DNA of 64,000 nt from a virus: IMG/VR virus record IMGVR_UViG_3300034283_002790, positions 32,001-96,000 of that record; one strand, 5' to 3'. The notes beneath the pieces were generated by a model that searched no databases, had not been told where the DNA came from, and saw nothing but the letters and a program-made list of their open reading frames with translations. The position numbers and the translations under genes were made by a program. Of this stretch, positions 48,823-58,282 are shown piece after piece; the first letter of the stretch is position 1, and each line of letters begins with the position of its first letter.

Positions 48823-50988
48823 TTACTGCCCAACCATGTTGTCCATTACTGATGAACCATCATCTTTAAAACCATAAACGGTTTTAGTAAACACGCCTGA
48901 TGGGGGAACCATTAATGCCATTGGGTATGACCGAAACATTTCTAGTTCGTAACTTGTCTGAGAGGAAACATTATCGGAACATGTCACTAGTTCTCTATTT
49001 AATTTAGGGTCGCAAAAATCATTCCAGATTTCATTAGCCATCCCTAAGATCTCATCTTGACTTTTTCCAACAAATAACATATCAATAGTTCCTTGATTTG
49101 ATCCCGGTTGTTCCAAATCTTGTCCATAGGTTTTCATTATATATGGATTAATTTTTCTAATTATTTTCTTTCTGTGAGCGACTGGTAATAGTTTTCCCAA
49201 AGAATCAAAATCAGAATCATCAATTTTGCCATTTGAGTTCACATCTAATAAATCTAAAATGAATTTTGTTTTTTGATAAGTTGTTTTTTGATCTGGATTT
49301 ATTGATCCGTGAGATGCATCATCATATTCATTATCTGCTTTAGATCTATTTTTGGAATAATAATCATTAGTCCTACATGTCTCAACAGATTTGGATGTTA
49401 CCCAAACATGACTCACATTCATATCTTTACCAATTGGACTATCGGCTTTCGCTGTTTCAAACAATTTAATTCTCACCCATCTTTTAGCAACTCCTGTTGA
49501 TAATGCTGCGTCCATTAATTTTTTATTAGATAAAACTGTATTAGTGGGAATTACATATGACTCAAGTTCACATTCACTTGGTGCCATACCCGCTAAACCT
49601 GTGGCACCACCATAAAGTGTTTGCCAACCACTTTTATCCACTGTTTGTGATTGATTTAGAATACTTTGATCCGCATCTGTAAATTTTGAGGCATTTCCAC
49701 CACATGATGTGAAAACCCCATAATCTACCCCACAAGGATTCGGAAGTTCTTTAGTAGATACTTGGTCGACAACCATAAAAAATGCAGTTTGTGAATCGTT
49801 CACTTCTATTCTTTTCCACGCTGAGTTTTTGAAACCTTGTTCTTTTCCCATTTGTTTACAAGCCACTTTGTGATATAGTGGTAACCAAAGTAAAACTTCA
49901 TCTCCGGTAAATTCTCCAATTATTTTTTTACCCGTCCATTGTGCATAATTATCCCAATAGTCGAAAAATTGCCCCACATCTTTATTAACACCCGGATCTT
50001 CTCTTAAATTTACATAAATCTCCCCATTTCTTAAACATGCAGGACTTTTTACTCTATCCCCGGTGTTATCAATTACATAACCCTCTTGGTCAATATTATG
50101 TTTTTTCATCGATTCGATTTCCGAATCTTTATAGGCCAAAATTTCAAAACTATAGTTCATAACAGATTCAGTAGATGGAATTTCGGGTTTCAAAGGGTTA
50201 TTTAAATTACTAAAAGATGTTTTTTGATCAGCAGGTAAAGAGAATTTACCTAAATCAGTCTCCACATTAGGTGCTGATCTTGAAGTATATATTACATTTT
50301 CTGGACTTACAAGTTCCCAGGGTGAAACGATCTCTGGTATGGGTGTCCATTTTTTAGCATCTGTAATTTTTTTGTTTTGTTCATACCAACTTTGATAAAG
50401 TGGGTATCCTTTAGGAGTAAACCACCAATTCTCTGACCAGGTTACATCTAAGTATTCTGCACCACTTACCCCTTGTTTTTCTTTTCCTACCAGTTCATTA
50501 TAAGCCCCACGATTCATAGCAAACTGTTGATCACAACCTATCGGTATGCTCATCCAAGAATTATAGATTAAAATTAAACACTGTTGAGTTTGTTGTGATT
50601 TCCAAGTATTTTCGTCAGGTAATTTAAGACCCAATTGTCTTTTTTTCAACCACTGTATTTCAGTGTATGACTGACACTTTTCAATCTCACCAGTTTCGCC
50701 TTTTTGTTTTTTTCCTAGTAAATAATTAGTATATTGATCAAATGTCCAAACTTTAAATTTATTTTCTTCATCTGTTGTTGCCCCAGGAATTATTAGTGTT
50801 TTTCCATCCTTACAACTCATAATTTTACCAATCCCCTGATTGGGTTGATTTGCTTTATCAGTTTTTTTTGTTTCTGTATTATTAATAATCGGAATTCGTA
50901 CAGGAAGATTATTTTCAAGAAGCACTAATTTTTCCTGATTTGTTTTTTTTTCGAGTAATCTTTCCTTAATTAATTTTTTGAGTTCCAT
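48823..50988 (-). CDS. large late protein
   Basis: 721 aa; leader LIKERLLE...VLLE; EF-hand-like DVNSNGKIDDSD near the C-terminus. Confidence 0.7.
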   Translation of the reverse strand: MELKKLIKERLLEKKTNQEKLVLLENNLPVRIPIINNTETKKTDKANQPNQGIGKIMSCKDGKTLIIPGATTDEENKFKVWTFDQYTNYLLGKKQKGETGEIEKCQSYTEIQWLKKRQLGLKLPDENTWKSQQTQQCLILIYNSWMSIPIGCDQQFAMNRGAYNELVGKEKQGVSGAEYLDVTWSENWWFTPKGYPLYQSWYEQNKKITDAKKWTPIPEIVSPWELVSPENVIYTSRSAPNVETDLGKFSLPADQKTSFSNLNNPLKPEIPSTESVMNYSFEILAYKDSEIESMKKHNIDQEGYVIDNTGDRVKSPACLRNGEIYVNLREDPGVNKDVGQFFDYWDNYAQWTGKKIIGEFTGDEVLLWLPLYHKVACKQMGKEQGFKNSAWKRIEVNDSQTAFFMVVDQVSTKELPNPCGVDYGVFTSCGGNASKFTDADQSILNQSQTVDKSGWQTLYGGATGLAGMAPSECELESYVIPTNTVLSNKKLMDAALSTGVAKRWVRIKLFETAKADSPIGKDMNVSHVWVTSKSVETCRTNDYYSKNRSKADNEYDDASHGSINPDQKTTYQKTKFILDLLDVNSNGKIDDSDFDSLGKLLPVAHRKKIIRKINPYIMKTYGQDLEQPGSNQGTIDMLFVGKSQDEILGMANEIWNDFCDPKLNRELVTCSDNVSSQTSYELEMFRSYPMALMVPPSGVFTKTVYGFKDDGSSVMDNMVGQ

Positions 50989-51224
50989 TATAGTAAAGTG
51001 TTCGCTTTTCCTCTAGTAATTTTATAAAGTGATGACCAAGTTACTTTATCGTCAATTGTATTTGCAACTCCCCTCGTTAGACCGGTTTCCCATTTTGTAA
51101 CAGTGGGATACCCCTGTGCCGACCCCCCACTTGGTTCACTAGGTGCATCCTGTTCACCTAATTCACTTTCAATATCCTCATTTGAATATTTATTCAAAAT
51201 ATTAATTACGTCATCAAACAACAT
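50988..51224 (-). CDS. small late protein with tandem KW..GxTRG.AN repeat
   Basis: KWETGLTRGVANTI / TWSSLYKITRGKANTL. Confidence 0.65.
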   Translation of the reverse strand: MLFDDVINILNKYSNEDIESELGEQDAPSEPSGGSAQGYPTVTKWETGLTRGVANTIDDKVTWSSLYKITRGKANTLL

Positions 51225-51313
51225 AACAATAAATATCTTTTTTTGTAAATAAATTCCAAAAAGTTTTTTTTTTAAAAAAATTGATTTACATTTGTGGTTT
51301 AAAACTATTTTTT

Positions 51314-51820
51314 ATGAAAAATTTATTTATCTTAATTTCTCCCTTTTTATTATTTTCTTCTTGTATTAAATATGGTCAACCAAAATTATTGTCCCTCAGT
51401 GGAGAATATAGGGTAGATAAAATAACATATGAGGAAATTGACAACTCAGGAAACCCATCTCAAGTAGTTTATTTACCTGGAGACTGGTGTATCAATCCTG
51501 CTGAAATTGATGTTCTAGATTCAATTGATGTTGGCTTTTTCAAAATGCATTTAGATTATTCCATGATTAGATTTCAACCAATACCTACTGGTTCCGGTTC
51601 TTCTTATTGGTCGGTACAATACCCATATCATGTAAGTGGACAATATAGTTCTTATGATCTAGGTTACATCAATTTTAATTGTGATGGTACAAGAAGGTAT
51701 TGGAAAATTATTGATGATGGTGTTGAATCTTTAACTATTAGAACTTCGGGTCAATGGGTTAATGGAAATTCTGGTTCAAATGAATCATTTACATTACATA
51801 TGACTAGAGTTGGTCCTTAG
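51314..51820 (+). CDS. lipoprotein (SPII signal), possibly lipocalin-like
   Basis: MKNLFILISPFLLFSS-C lipobox. Start moved to ATG 51314; TACATTTG promoter at 51287-51294. Confidence 0.7.
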   Translation: MKNLFILISPFLLFSSCIKYGQPKLLSLSGEYRVDKITYEEIDNSGNPSQVVYLPGDWCINPAEIDVLDSIDVGFFKMHLDYSMIRFQPIPTGSGSSYWSVQYPYHVSGQYSSYDLGYINFNCDGTRRYWKIIDDGVESLTIRTSGQWVNGNSGSNESFTLHMTRVGP

Positions 51821-52128
51821 AATAACTCCGAATTTGGTAATCTATCGGGATTTACAATATAGTACTCATTAAGGTAGGTAATTAATACGTCTTCGTCGAG
51901 GGTTTCGATATCAAAGAAGTCCTCGACAAATGAGTAGTCATCCTCTTCTTCGTTAACCAAAAAATCCACATCATCCTGTATCAAATCAAATCCCATTCCT
52001 TTTGCTTCTTCGATACTCAAAACATCACTTCTTACTTCATCTTCAGCATCATAAGACAACCTAAAAGAAACCTCAATAGACTTTGTCTCTTCATAAATGT
52101 AATAAGAAATAATTTCAACAACTTCCAT
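51817..52128 (-). CDS. highly acidic small protein
   Basis: 103 aa, D/E-rich. Confidence 0.7.
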   Translation of the reverse strand: MEVVEIISYYIYEETKSIEVSFRLSYDAEDEVRSDVLSIEEAKGMGFDLIQDDVDFLVNEEEDDYSFVEDFFDIETLDEDVLITYLNEYYIVNPDRLPNSELF

Positions 52129-52129
52129 T

Positions 52130-52756
52130 TTAGTTATACGACTTAAATTTGTTGAACATTTCTTTAGTTCTGTTCAAACTCTCTTCTAATTTTTCATAAT
52201 CATCTGGATCAGTCATATCAGATTTGATTCCATTTTCAATTTCTTTCATCTCATAAGAAAAAATATCATCTCCACTGGGTATATTATAATCACCGAAGTC
52301 GAAGTCACGTAAATTGATTCCCGTGTCTTCTGTTTCCATCATTGGAGTATTAGATTCACACTCTAAACATTCTCCTTCAGGAGAAACACCCAAAGACACA
52401 ATATCAAATTCGTTTTCATTTGGTGAAGGATATAAATCGTGTAAAAAATCAAAGTTTTGTTCCTCATAATCAAAAACACTATCAACATCTACTGTACCAT
52501 TTTTTAAGTCATTTGGTCCGTCTGCAATTTTATCTTTCATGGTGTGCGACTCATTGATATTCATGTTTTGATAAGACATCACGTTTCCTTTATTTGATAC
52601 TGTAATTCCATTTTTATCATTTGCAAAATCCTGAACCATTAAAGGTTGTTGATTATTTTGACCATATAAAGTAACATATCCATCATAAATTTTTTTATGT
52701 TGATCTAAAATGTCATTTTTTTCTGCCTTACTAACTTTGAAGAAATATTGTCCCAT
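52130..52756 (-). CDS. acidic late protein with EKNDILDQH leader
   Basis: Shared leader family; TATTTAT upstream. Confidence 0.7.
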   Translation of the reverse strand: MGQYFFKVSKAEKNDILDQHKKIYDGYVTLYGQNNQQPLMVQDFANDKNGITVSNKGNVMSYQNMNINESHTMKDKIADGPNDLKNGTVDVDSVFDYEEQNFDFLHDLYPSPNENEFDIVSLGVSPEGECLECESNTPMMETEDTGINLRDFDFGDYNIPSGDDIFSYEMKEIENGIKSDMTDPDDYEKLEESLNRTKEMFNKFKSYN

Positions 52757-52787
52757 AATTTTTATTTTATAAATATAACCTTATTAA

Positions 52788-53633
52788 TTAAAATTTTCGG
52801 AACATAGATGTTTGAGCCCATAGTTTAATATACTCTTTTGCATTGTTCTGAATTATTGACTTTAGTCTACTATAAAATTCGTCAGGATTTTTGTCCACAT
52901 CATAACTTTTATTATCTGAAATTTTTTCGTATCCTGAGTTAATCATTATATTTCGAACAGGTTCAATTAAAGAAATTAAAATTTCTAAATTTTCTTTTTC
53001 ATCTTCACAACTTTTGATTTCTTCATCGGTATTCAAATCCTCGCACTTCATATTTTGTATTTCTTTGATACGATGATGATATTGTCTTTTAAATTCATCT
53101 TCACCCATATATAAAAATGGTGAGGCCCCTAACATATTCACAAAACCACTATTTTTTAGAACTTGTAAAAAATTATTTAATGTATTTTTTTTATTACCAA
53201 ATTGATTTGCAAAGTCTAAAAATTTATAAATTAATTTTTCATTCGATTCAGTAATTTGACGTTTTTTAATTCTAAAATTTTCTGTGACATTTGGATCCGG
53301 GTTGTTTTCCACTTTCCACCATTCATCAACATTTTTTAAATCAGTACTACCACAATTTTCGCATACCGTTGATTTACTATTATTAGAGGTGTCACATTCT
53401 TTACATACTTTAAGATCTATTAGACTTAATTTACCCCCATTTTGCCATTCTACACCATAATGTGTTTCAACCCCAACGGAAGTGACTTTATCGACTTTTC
53501 CTCGCATTCCCATAGGAATTCCATTGTAAACTTTGTTTCCGGTGTTCCTATCAATAACAAAGTCATCCATTTGTTTACAAATTACAACATCATCTACTGA
53601 TAGCGGTGCATTTAATATAAGTTTTTGTCCCAT
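52788..53633 (-). CDS. hypothetical late protein with zinc ribbon
   Basis: CKECDTSN...CENCGS inserted in an SH3-like N-terminal region. Confidence 0.65.
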   Translation of the reverse strand: MGQKLILNAPLSVDDVVICKQMDDFVIDRNTGNKVYNGIPMGMRGKVDKVTSVGVETHYGVEWQNGGKLSLIDLKVCKECDTSNNSKSTVCENCGSTDLKNVDEWWKVENNPDPNVTENFRIKKRQITESNEKLIYKFLDFANQFGNKKNTLNNFLQVLKNSGFVNMLGASPFLYMGEDEFKRQYHHRIKEIQNMKCEDLNTDEEIKSCEDEKENLEILISLIEPVRNIMINSGYEKISDNKSYDVDKNPDEFYSRLKSIIQNNAKEYIKLWAQTSMFRKF

Positions 53634-53640
53634 AATTATT

Positions 53641-53667
53641 TATAAATATGTTTATAATAATATTTAT
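53641..53667. promoter_or_regulatory. back-to-back TATTTAT motifs serving divergent genes (example of the putative late promoter)
   Basis: ATAAATA 53642-53648 faces the minus gene at 53633, and TATTTAT 53661-53667 faces the plus gene at 53675. Confidence 0.7.
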
Positions 53668-53674
53668 TTAAATA

Positions 53675-54265
53675 ATGAAACTAGTCGTATCCGAATCACA
53701 ATATAAAACGATTTTATTAGAAGAAAAAATCAATACTATTATTGACAAAATCAAAAATGCCAGAAATAAATTTATTTCCCATATGAATAAAACTGAAAAA
53801 ATATTTGATGTTGATTTAAATGATTTAAAATCCCAATCTATGGCAATTGGAGGAATGTCTTATTTTTTAAATGAATTTTTGAATGAGGATGGAAAAAACT
53901 TAAAAAAAGAAGATATTGGTCTTATAATATCAACCACGTTACTTCCTTATTTTTCCAAAAATTTAAAAACTATAAAAAAGTTATTGGAAGAAATAAAAAA
54001 AAGAAAACTGGTTGACTACTTTGATACTTGTCTAGAAAAATTTAACTCATTAAAAGATTCTTTTGAAAACTTCATGAAGAGTTTAGATATTACTTTTAAG
54101 AAAGATCCATTAAGTTACTCTTTTTTGTTACCAGTAATACCGGATTTATATTTTATGGGAAATAACTCTAAATATAAAATTGATATTGATCAAATTATGG
54201 GATCTAATCAAAACCAAGAACTTGGAGTTATTGTTGATGAAATAATCAATAAATTTTCAAATTAA
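53675..54265 (+). CDS. late protein with MKLVVSESQY leader
   Basis: Shared leader family; TATTTAT at 53661-53667. Confidence 0.7.
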   Translation: MKLVVSESQYKTILLEEKINTIIDKIKNARNKFISHMNKTEKIFDVDLNDLKSQSMAIGGMSYFLNEFLNEDGKNLKKEDIGLIISTTLLPYFSKNLKTIKKLLEEIKKRKLVDYFDTCLEKFNSLKDSFENFMKSLDITFKKDPLSYSFLLPVIPDLYFMGNNSKYKIDIDQIMGSNQNQELGVIVDEIINKFSN

Positions 54266-54885
54266 TCTTTTTTATATCTTCCTTGATAAAATTTATAATC
54301 GATTAATTTTTTCATAACTTTTTGAACTTCTTCATTATTCATTAAATGTATTTCTTGGTGAGTTTTAAACCAATTTTTCATCACCTCCTCAAATGACTTG
54401 TTAGTTATTTTTGCCAAATGATCAAAACCAAAAACTTGAGCATCCAATTCTTCTGGTCTGGTATAATATTCATATGGGTCTTCTTCTTTTTTATTTTTGA
54501 ACCTGAACATATCGTTGTTAGACTGATGAATGTGTCTTATTTCATGTGCAATCACCTCCCGAAGTTCATTCATTATACTAAAAGTAATATTTGATTTTTC
54601 TTTAGAATTATATTTTATTAACACAACAATTACATCATCATCTCGATAATAGTCTGAATTGACAATAAATTCATCTATTTCATCATCAATTTCAATGATT
54701 AATTCAACAGTAAGACTTTCCGACAATTCAGAAAGAGTATAAACCAGTTTATCCGGATCAAAATGTTCAGGGAGATAAAATTCTCCCTCATCCACCGTTT
54801 TGAATATTTTGATTATGTCCCTAACAATAGATTCGACAAAATCAAAAATTCTAGTTGATTCATTTAATATTTTTTTGTAACTCAT
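54262..54885 (-). CDS. HExxH zinc metallopeptidase-like protein
   Basis: VIAHEIRHIHQ...YEYYTRPEELDA. Confidence 0.65.
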   Translation of the reverse strand: MSYKKILNESTRIFDFVESIVRDIIKIFKTVDEGEFYLPEHFDPDKLVYTLSELSESLTVELIIEIDDEIDEFIVNSDYYRDDDVIVVLIKYNSKEKSNITFSIMNELREVIAHEIRHIHQSNNDMFRFKNKKEEDPYEYYTRPEELDAQVFGFDHLAKITNKSFEEVMKNWFKTHQEIHLMNNEEVQKVMKKLIDYKFYQGRYKKD

Positions 54886-54953
54886 AGTAATAAATATTTG
54901 ATTTAAAAATTAATTTTTTTTATCTTTTTATCATTACCAAAATTAATTAAAAT

Positions 54954-55925
54954 ATGAAAACAAAATTTGACTTTGATGAAATCACTTTAATTCCTTCTTA
55001 CAGTATTATTGAATCTCGTTCGGACTGTGATGCAAGTTGTCATTTTGGAGGTTTTAAATTTAATTTACCAATAGTTCCCGCAAATATGCAAAGTGTGATT
55101 GATGAAAGTCTGGCAATTAAATTGGCTGAAAATGGTTACTTTTATATTATGCATAGATTTGATGTGGATATGGTCGATTTTTGTAAAAAAATAACAGATC
55201 TAGATCTAATGTTATCCATTTCCCTAGGTGTAAATGATGACTCATATGAACTTATTGATTCTTTAGTTTCAAAAAACTACATTCCCAATTTTATAACAAT
55301 TGACATTGCTCATGGTCATTGTATAAAAATGAAAAAAATGGTTCACTATATTAAAAATAGAATGCCAGACACATTTGTAATAGGTGGTAATGTTTGTACA
55401 CCACAATCAGTCATAGATCTTCAAAATTGGGGTTGTGACGCAATAAAATGTGGTATCGGTGGAGGTTCTGCTTGTACAACATACCATTCTACTGGATTTG
55501 GTAATCGAGGATGGCAAGCAAATATGATTCTTGAATGTTCTTCGGTTGCAAAAGTCCCAATCATTGCAGATGGATCAATCAAACAAAATTGTGATATTGT
55601 AAAAAGTTTAGTTTTGGGTGCCACTATGGTAATGGTTGGTGGTATGTTATCTGGTTATCAAGAATCCCCAGGTCAAAAAGTTAAAAATCTTGTAACTGGT
55701 AGTTGGCACAAAGAATTTTGGGGGAGTGCTTCCTCATCTCAATCAGGAAAAACTAATCGAATTGAAGGTGTTAAAAAACTAGTTGATTATAAGGATGTTT
55801 CTATCTTCACCAAACTTACGGAAATTGAGGAATCAATACAAAGTGCCATCTCATATGCTGGTGGATATCCTAATACTATTGATTGTTTAAATAACGTAAA
55901 TTTCGTGGTAAAAAGTAATCAGTAG
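54954..55925 (+). CDS. guaC: GMP reductase
   Basis: PIVPANM, YIMHRF, IDIAHGH, GNVCT, GIGGGSACTT and IIADG; 323 aa, no CBS domains. Confidence 0.9.
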   Translation: MKTKFDFDEITLIPSYSIIESRSDCDASCHFGGFKFNLPIVPANMQSVIDESLAIKLAENGYFYIMHRFDVDMVDFCKKITDLDLMLSISLGVNDDSYELIDSLVSKNYIPNFITIDIAHGHCIKMKKMVHYIKNRMPDTFVIGGNVCTPQSVIDLQNWGCDAIKCGIGGGSACTTYHSTGFGNRGWQANMILECSSVAKVPIIADGSIKQNCDIVKSLVLGATMVMVGGMLSGYQESPGQKVKNLVTGSWHKEFWGSASSSQSGKTNRIEGVKKLVDYKDVSIFTKLTEIEESIQSAISYAGGYPNTIDCLNNVNFVVKSNQ

Positions 55926-55927
55926 AG

Positions 55928-56509
55928 TTACCAAGTCTTGCAAGCCCAATACCTGGGTTTCCATCTTGGTCCTGGATTATCACAATTATGTCTAGCCCTG
56001 AAAGATCTTCTTCTTTCGGGGTTATTTTTTTTAATTACCATTCTTTTACCCTTTGCCGATTTACCACCAAAACCAAAGTTCACCTTTACTACTTTTCCTT
56101 TGTCGTTTTTAACATAAACTTTAAATTTTTTGATATCTCCTTGCATTATCTTCCCAAGTTGTACTTTTCTTCCTTGGTATTCCGCCTCAAACAAGTAACT
56201 ATCATCCTCATAGGGAACATCTAACCAAATTTTTTGACCGGATTCCGAAATAATAAATTTACCCAAGTCCGTTTCAACTAAATCTCTATCGTTCTCATTC
56301 AAGAAAATGAACTGATTATAATAAAGTTTTCTTACTTCTCTAATTAATTCCAAATATTCTTCTGAATATAAATCAAAAATGTTTTCACTAAGTGGAATTT
56401 TATTAATTAAATGATACCGTAAATTTTCAGAAATATGAACAGTATTTATTAATTCCATTGGACTATTGAAAGTTTGACTAAGATTTTTTTTGATTATTTC
56501 ATTTATCAT
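55928..56509 (-). CDS. late protein with basic C-terminal KKFKVYV..FG..SFRARH.C..RYWAC domain
   Basis: Motif in translation; TATTTAT upstream at 56529-56535. Confidence 0.7.
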   Translation of the reverse strand: MINEIIKKNLSQTFNSPMELINTVHISENLRYHLINKIPLSENIFDLYSEEYLELIREVRKLYYNQFIFLNENDRDLVETDLGKFIISESGQKIWLDVPYEDDSYLFEAEYQGRKVQLGKIMQGDIKKFKVYVKNDKGKVVKVNFGFGGKSAKGKRMVIKKNNPERRRSFRARHNCDNPGPRWKPRYWACKTW

Positions 56510-56578
56510 ACAACTTATATTTATACCAATAAATACACAATAATTTAAATTGAATATATTTATATAAAAAGTTTTTTT

Positions 56579-57118
56579 ATGAAAAAAATTAGATTGACGG
56601 AAAATGAATTAATTAGTTTGATCAAACAAACCATATTAGAAGATCAAAGTGTGGGATCATCACCAAAAAAAGATAAGAAAAAACCAAATGCAAGGTGTAT
56701 TCCTGAAAATGTACTTCCTCTAGATGAAATTGCTGGATTAAGTGATGATTTTATAACTTACGGTCCTGGAATACAAAAAAGACGTGGAGGAATTGGTCAT
56801 CTTGTTGATTCATTAGGATTATTGAATAATATTAGACTTAATAAAAGTATTAAAGATGGTGGAACTCACCTGGCATACGAGATGATGAATCATTTGAATA
56901 AATTCAGAAATAAAAATTATTTTGATGAGACAAACGGTCAATGTTTACCGGCAATGGAAAAAATTGTACAACTTTATAAAGAAAATGAACATGGCACTGA
57001 GTTAGTCAAAGATATAGAAAAAGTACTTGATTTACAATCTAAAGATGACGATCTAACACCATCAGCAAGAGCAAAGGAATATCTTAAACAATGCATTAAT
57101 CTAATTAAAGGTATCTAA
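56579..57118 (+). CDS. late protein with MKKIRLTENEL leader
   Basis: Shared leader family; TATTTAT at 56557-56563. Confidence 0.7.
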   Translation: MKKIRLTENELISLIKQTILEDQSVGSSPKKDKKKPNARCIPENVLPLDEIAGLSDDFITYGPGIQKRRGGIGHLVDSLGLLNNIRLNKSIKDGGTHLAYEMMNHLNKFRNKNYFDETNGQCLPAMEKIVQLYKENEHGTELVKDIEKVLDLQSKDDDLTPSARAKEYLKQCINLIKGI

Positions 57119-57119
57119 A

Positions 57120-57248
57120 ATGGCAAAAAAAACAAATACAACTTCTTCAGTCAAAGTTACTTTTGGTAAGAAGAAATCTGGAAAATTAAAAAAAAGATTT
57201 GGTCCTAAAGAAGAAAGACCAAAAAGATATAGAGGTCAAGGAAGATAA
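57120..57248 (+). CDS. 42-aa highly basic peptide absent from the ORF track
   Basis: MAKKTNTTSSVKVTFGKKKSGKLKKRFGPKEERPKRYRGQGR; fits exactly between neighbours. Confidence 0.7.
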   Translation: MAKKTNTTSSVKVTFGKKKSGKLKKRFGPKEERPKRYRGQGR

Positions 57249-57249
57249 T

Positions 57250-57483
57250 ATGAAACGAATGATGAGAAATTACTGGAAACCCACCCCCAAAAAATGGAGA
57301 AAATGGGGGGATACGTTTTTGGCAGTATCTTCAGTACTAGCAATAGGTGGATTATGGCAATTTGACAATCTTAAAGAAATATTCACACCCTCGGAAATCA
57401 AAATCATGATTGTATCTTCAATAATACTGGGTGTAATCGGTAAATTCCTAACAAATTTTTTCAAAGAAGAAGAAAATATATAA
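57250..57483 (+). CDS. two-TM holin-like membrane protein
   Basis: MKRMMRNYWKPTPKKWRKWGD followed by two hydrophobic helices. Start moved from 57199 to ATG 57250. Confidence 0.55.
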   Translation: MKRMMRNYWKPTPKKWRKWGDTFLAVSSVLAIGGLWQFDNLKEIFTPSEIKIMIVSSIILGVIGKFLTNFFKEEENI

Positions 57484-57504
57484 TTTTTTCATTATCTTTG
57501 TGAT

Positions 57505-57678
57505 ATGAAATCAAAAATTGAAACTAAAAAGTTCGAAAGAACATTTGTTTTTGAAGACTGTACTGTAATTTGGAAATATGACACTTCCAGGTCCGTTCTT
57601 CATCCTATAGAGGTAGAGATCAAATACCCCAAAAAAACCCAGGAAATAACCAAAAAAACCCCAAAAAAACGAAATTAA
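57505..57678 (+). CDS. 57-aa hypothetical protein absent from the ORF track
   Basis: MKSKIETKKFERTFVFEDCTVIWKYD...; TATCTTTG at 57493-57500. Confidence 0.6.
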   Translation: MKSKIETKKFERTFVFEDCTVIWKYDTSRSVLHPIEVEIKYPKKTQEITKKTPKKRN

Positions 57679-57933
57679 TCACCTTTTTTTGTTATTATTA
57701 GACCTATAAAAGTTGTTTGGGTCTATATTTTTCATCATTTTATCCAAATTTTTCATCATTTCCATTGGATTTTGATCAATAAAGTTTGGAAATGTTGTAT
57801 TTTTCATCAAATTTTCTGGTTTTATTAAAGAAAATAACGTTTTTCCGTATTTTTTCCACCAAATTACACCCAAAATGATGGTAGTTAGTAATAAAATACT
57901 AAAAATTGTCAAAATTACTTGTAAATAAATCAT
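57679..57933 (-). CDS. single-TM small protein
   Basis: N-terminal hydrophobic helix. Confidence 0.6.
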   Translation of the reverse strand: MIYLQVILTIFSILLLTTIILGVIWWKKYGKTLFSLIKPENLMKNTTFPNFIDQNPMEMMKNLDKMMKNIDPNNFYRSNNNKKR

Positions 57934-57988
57934 AATTAATGGTTTTTTTTAGAAATATACTTATATTTTGAAGTATAATCAATTGTAA

Positions 57989-58282
57989 ATGAAAAAAAAC
58001 ACGGAAATTATAGAATTTCTTATAAATTATGGTCTAAAAACTTACAAAAACAATCTTTTTGGTGAAAAATCGCAAGTAAAAGTGACTTTAATACAGTTTT
58101 TAAGTCAAAAAAAGTGTTTTATGGTCCATGTTACTCTGTATATTGAAAATTTGGATCAAAATTTAGAACTTTACCCGGATGGTTTAGAAGAATTGATTAG
58201 ATTAGCATGGTCCGCTTATGGAAAACAAGAAAAAATAGTCATTTCTTCATCGGTTAAATTACTAAGTGACTGTTTTAACTAA
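57989..58282 (+). CDS. hypothetical protein
   Basis: 97-aa ORF. Confidence 0.55.
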   Translation: MKKNTEIIEFLINYGLKTYKNNLFGEKSQVKVTLIQFLSQKKCFMVHVTLYIENLDQNLELYPDGLEELIRLAWSAYGKQEKIVISSSVKLLSDCFN

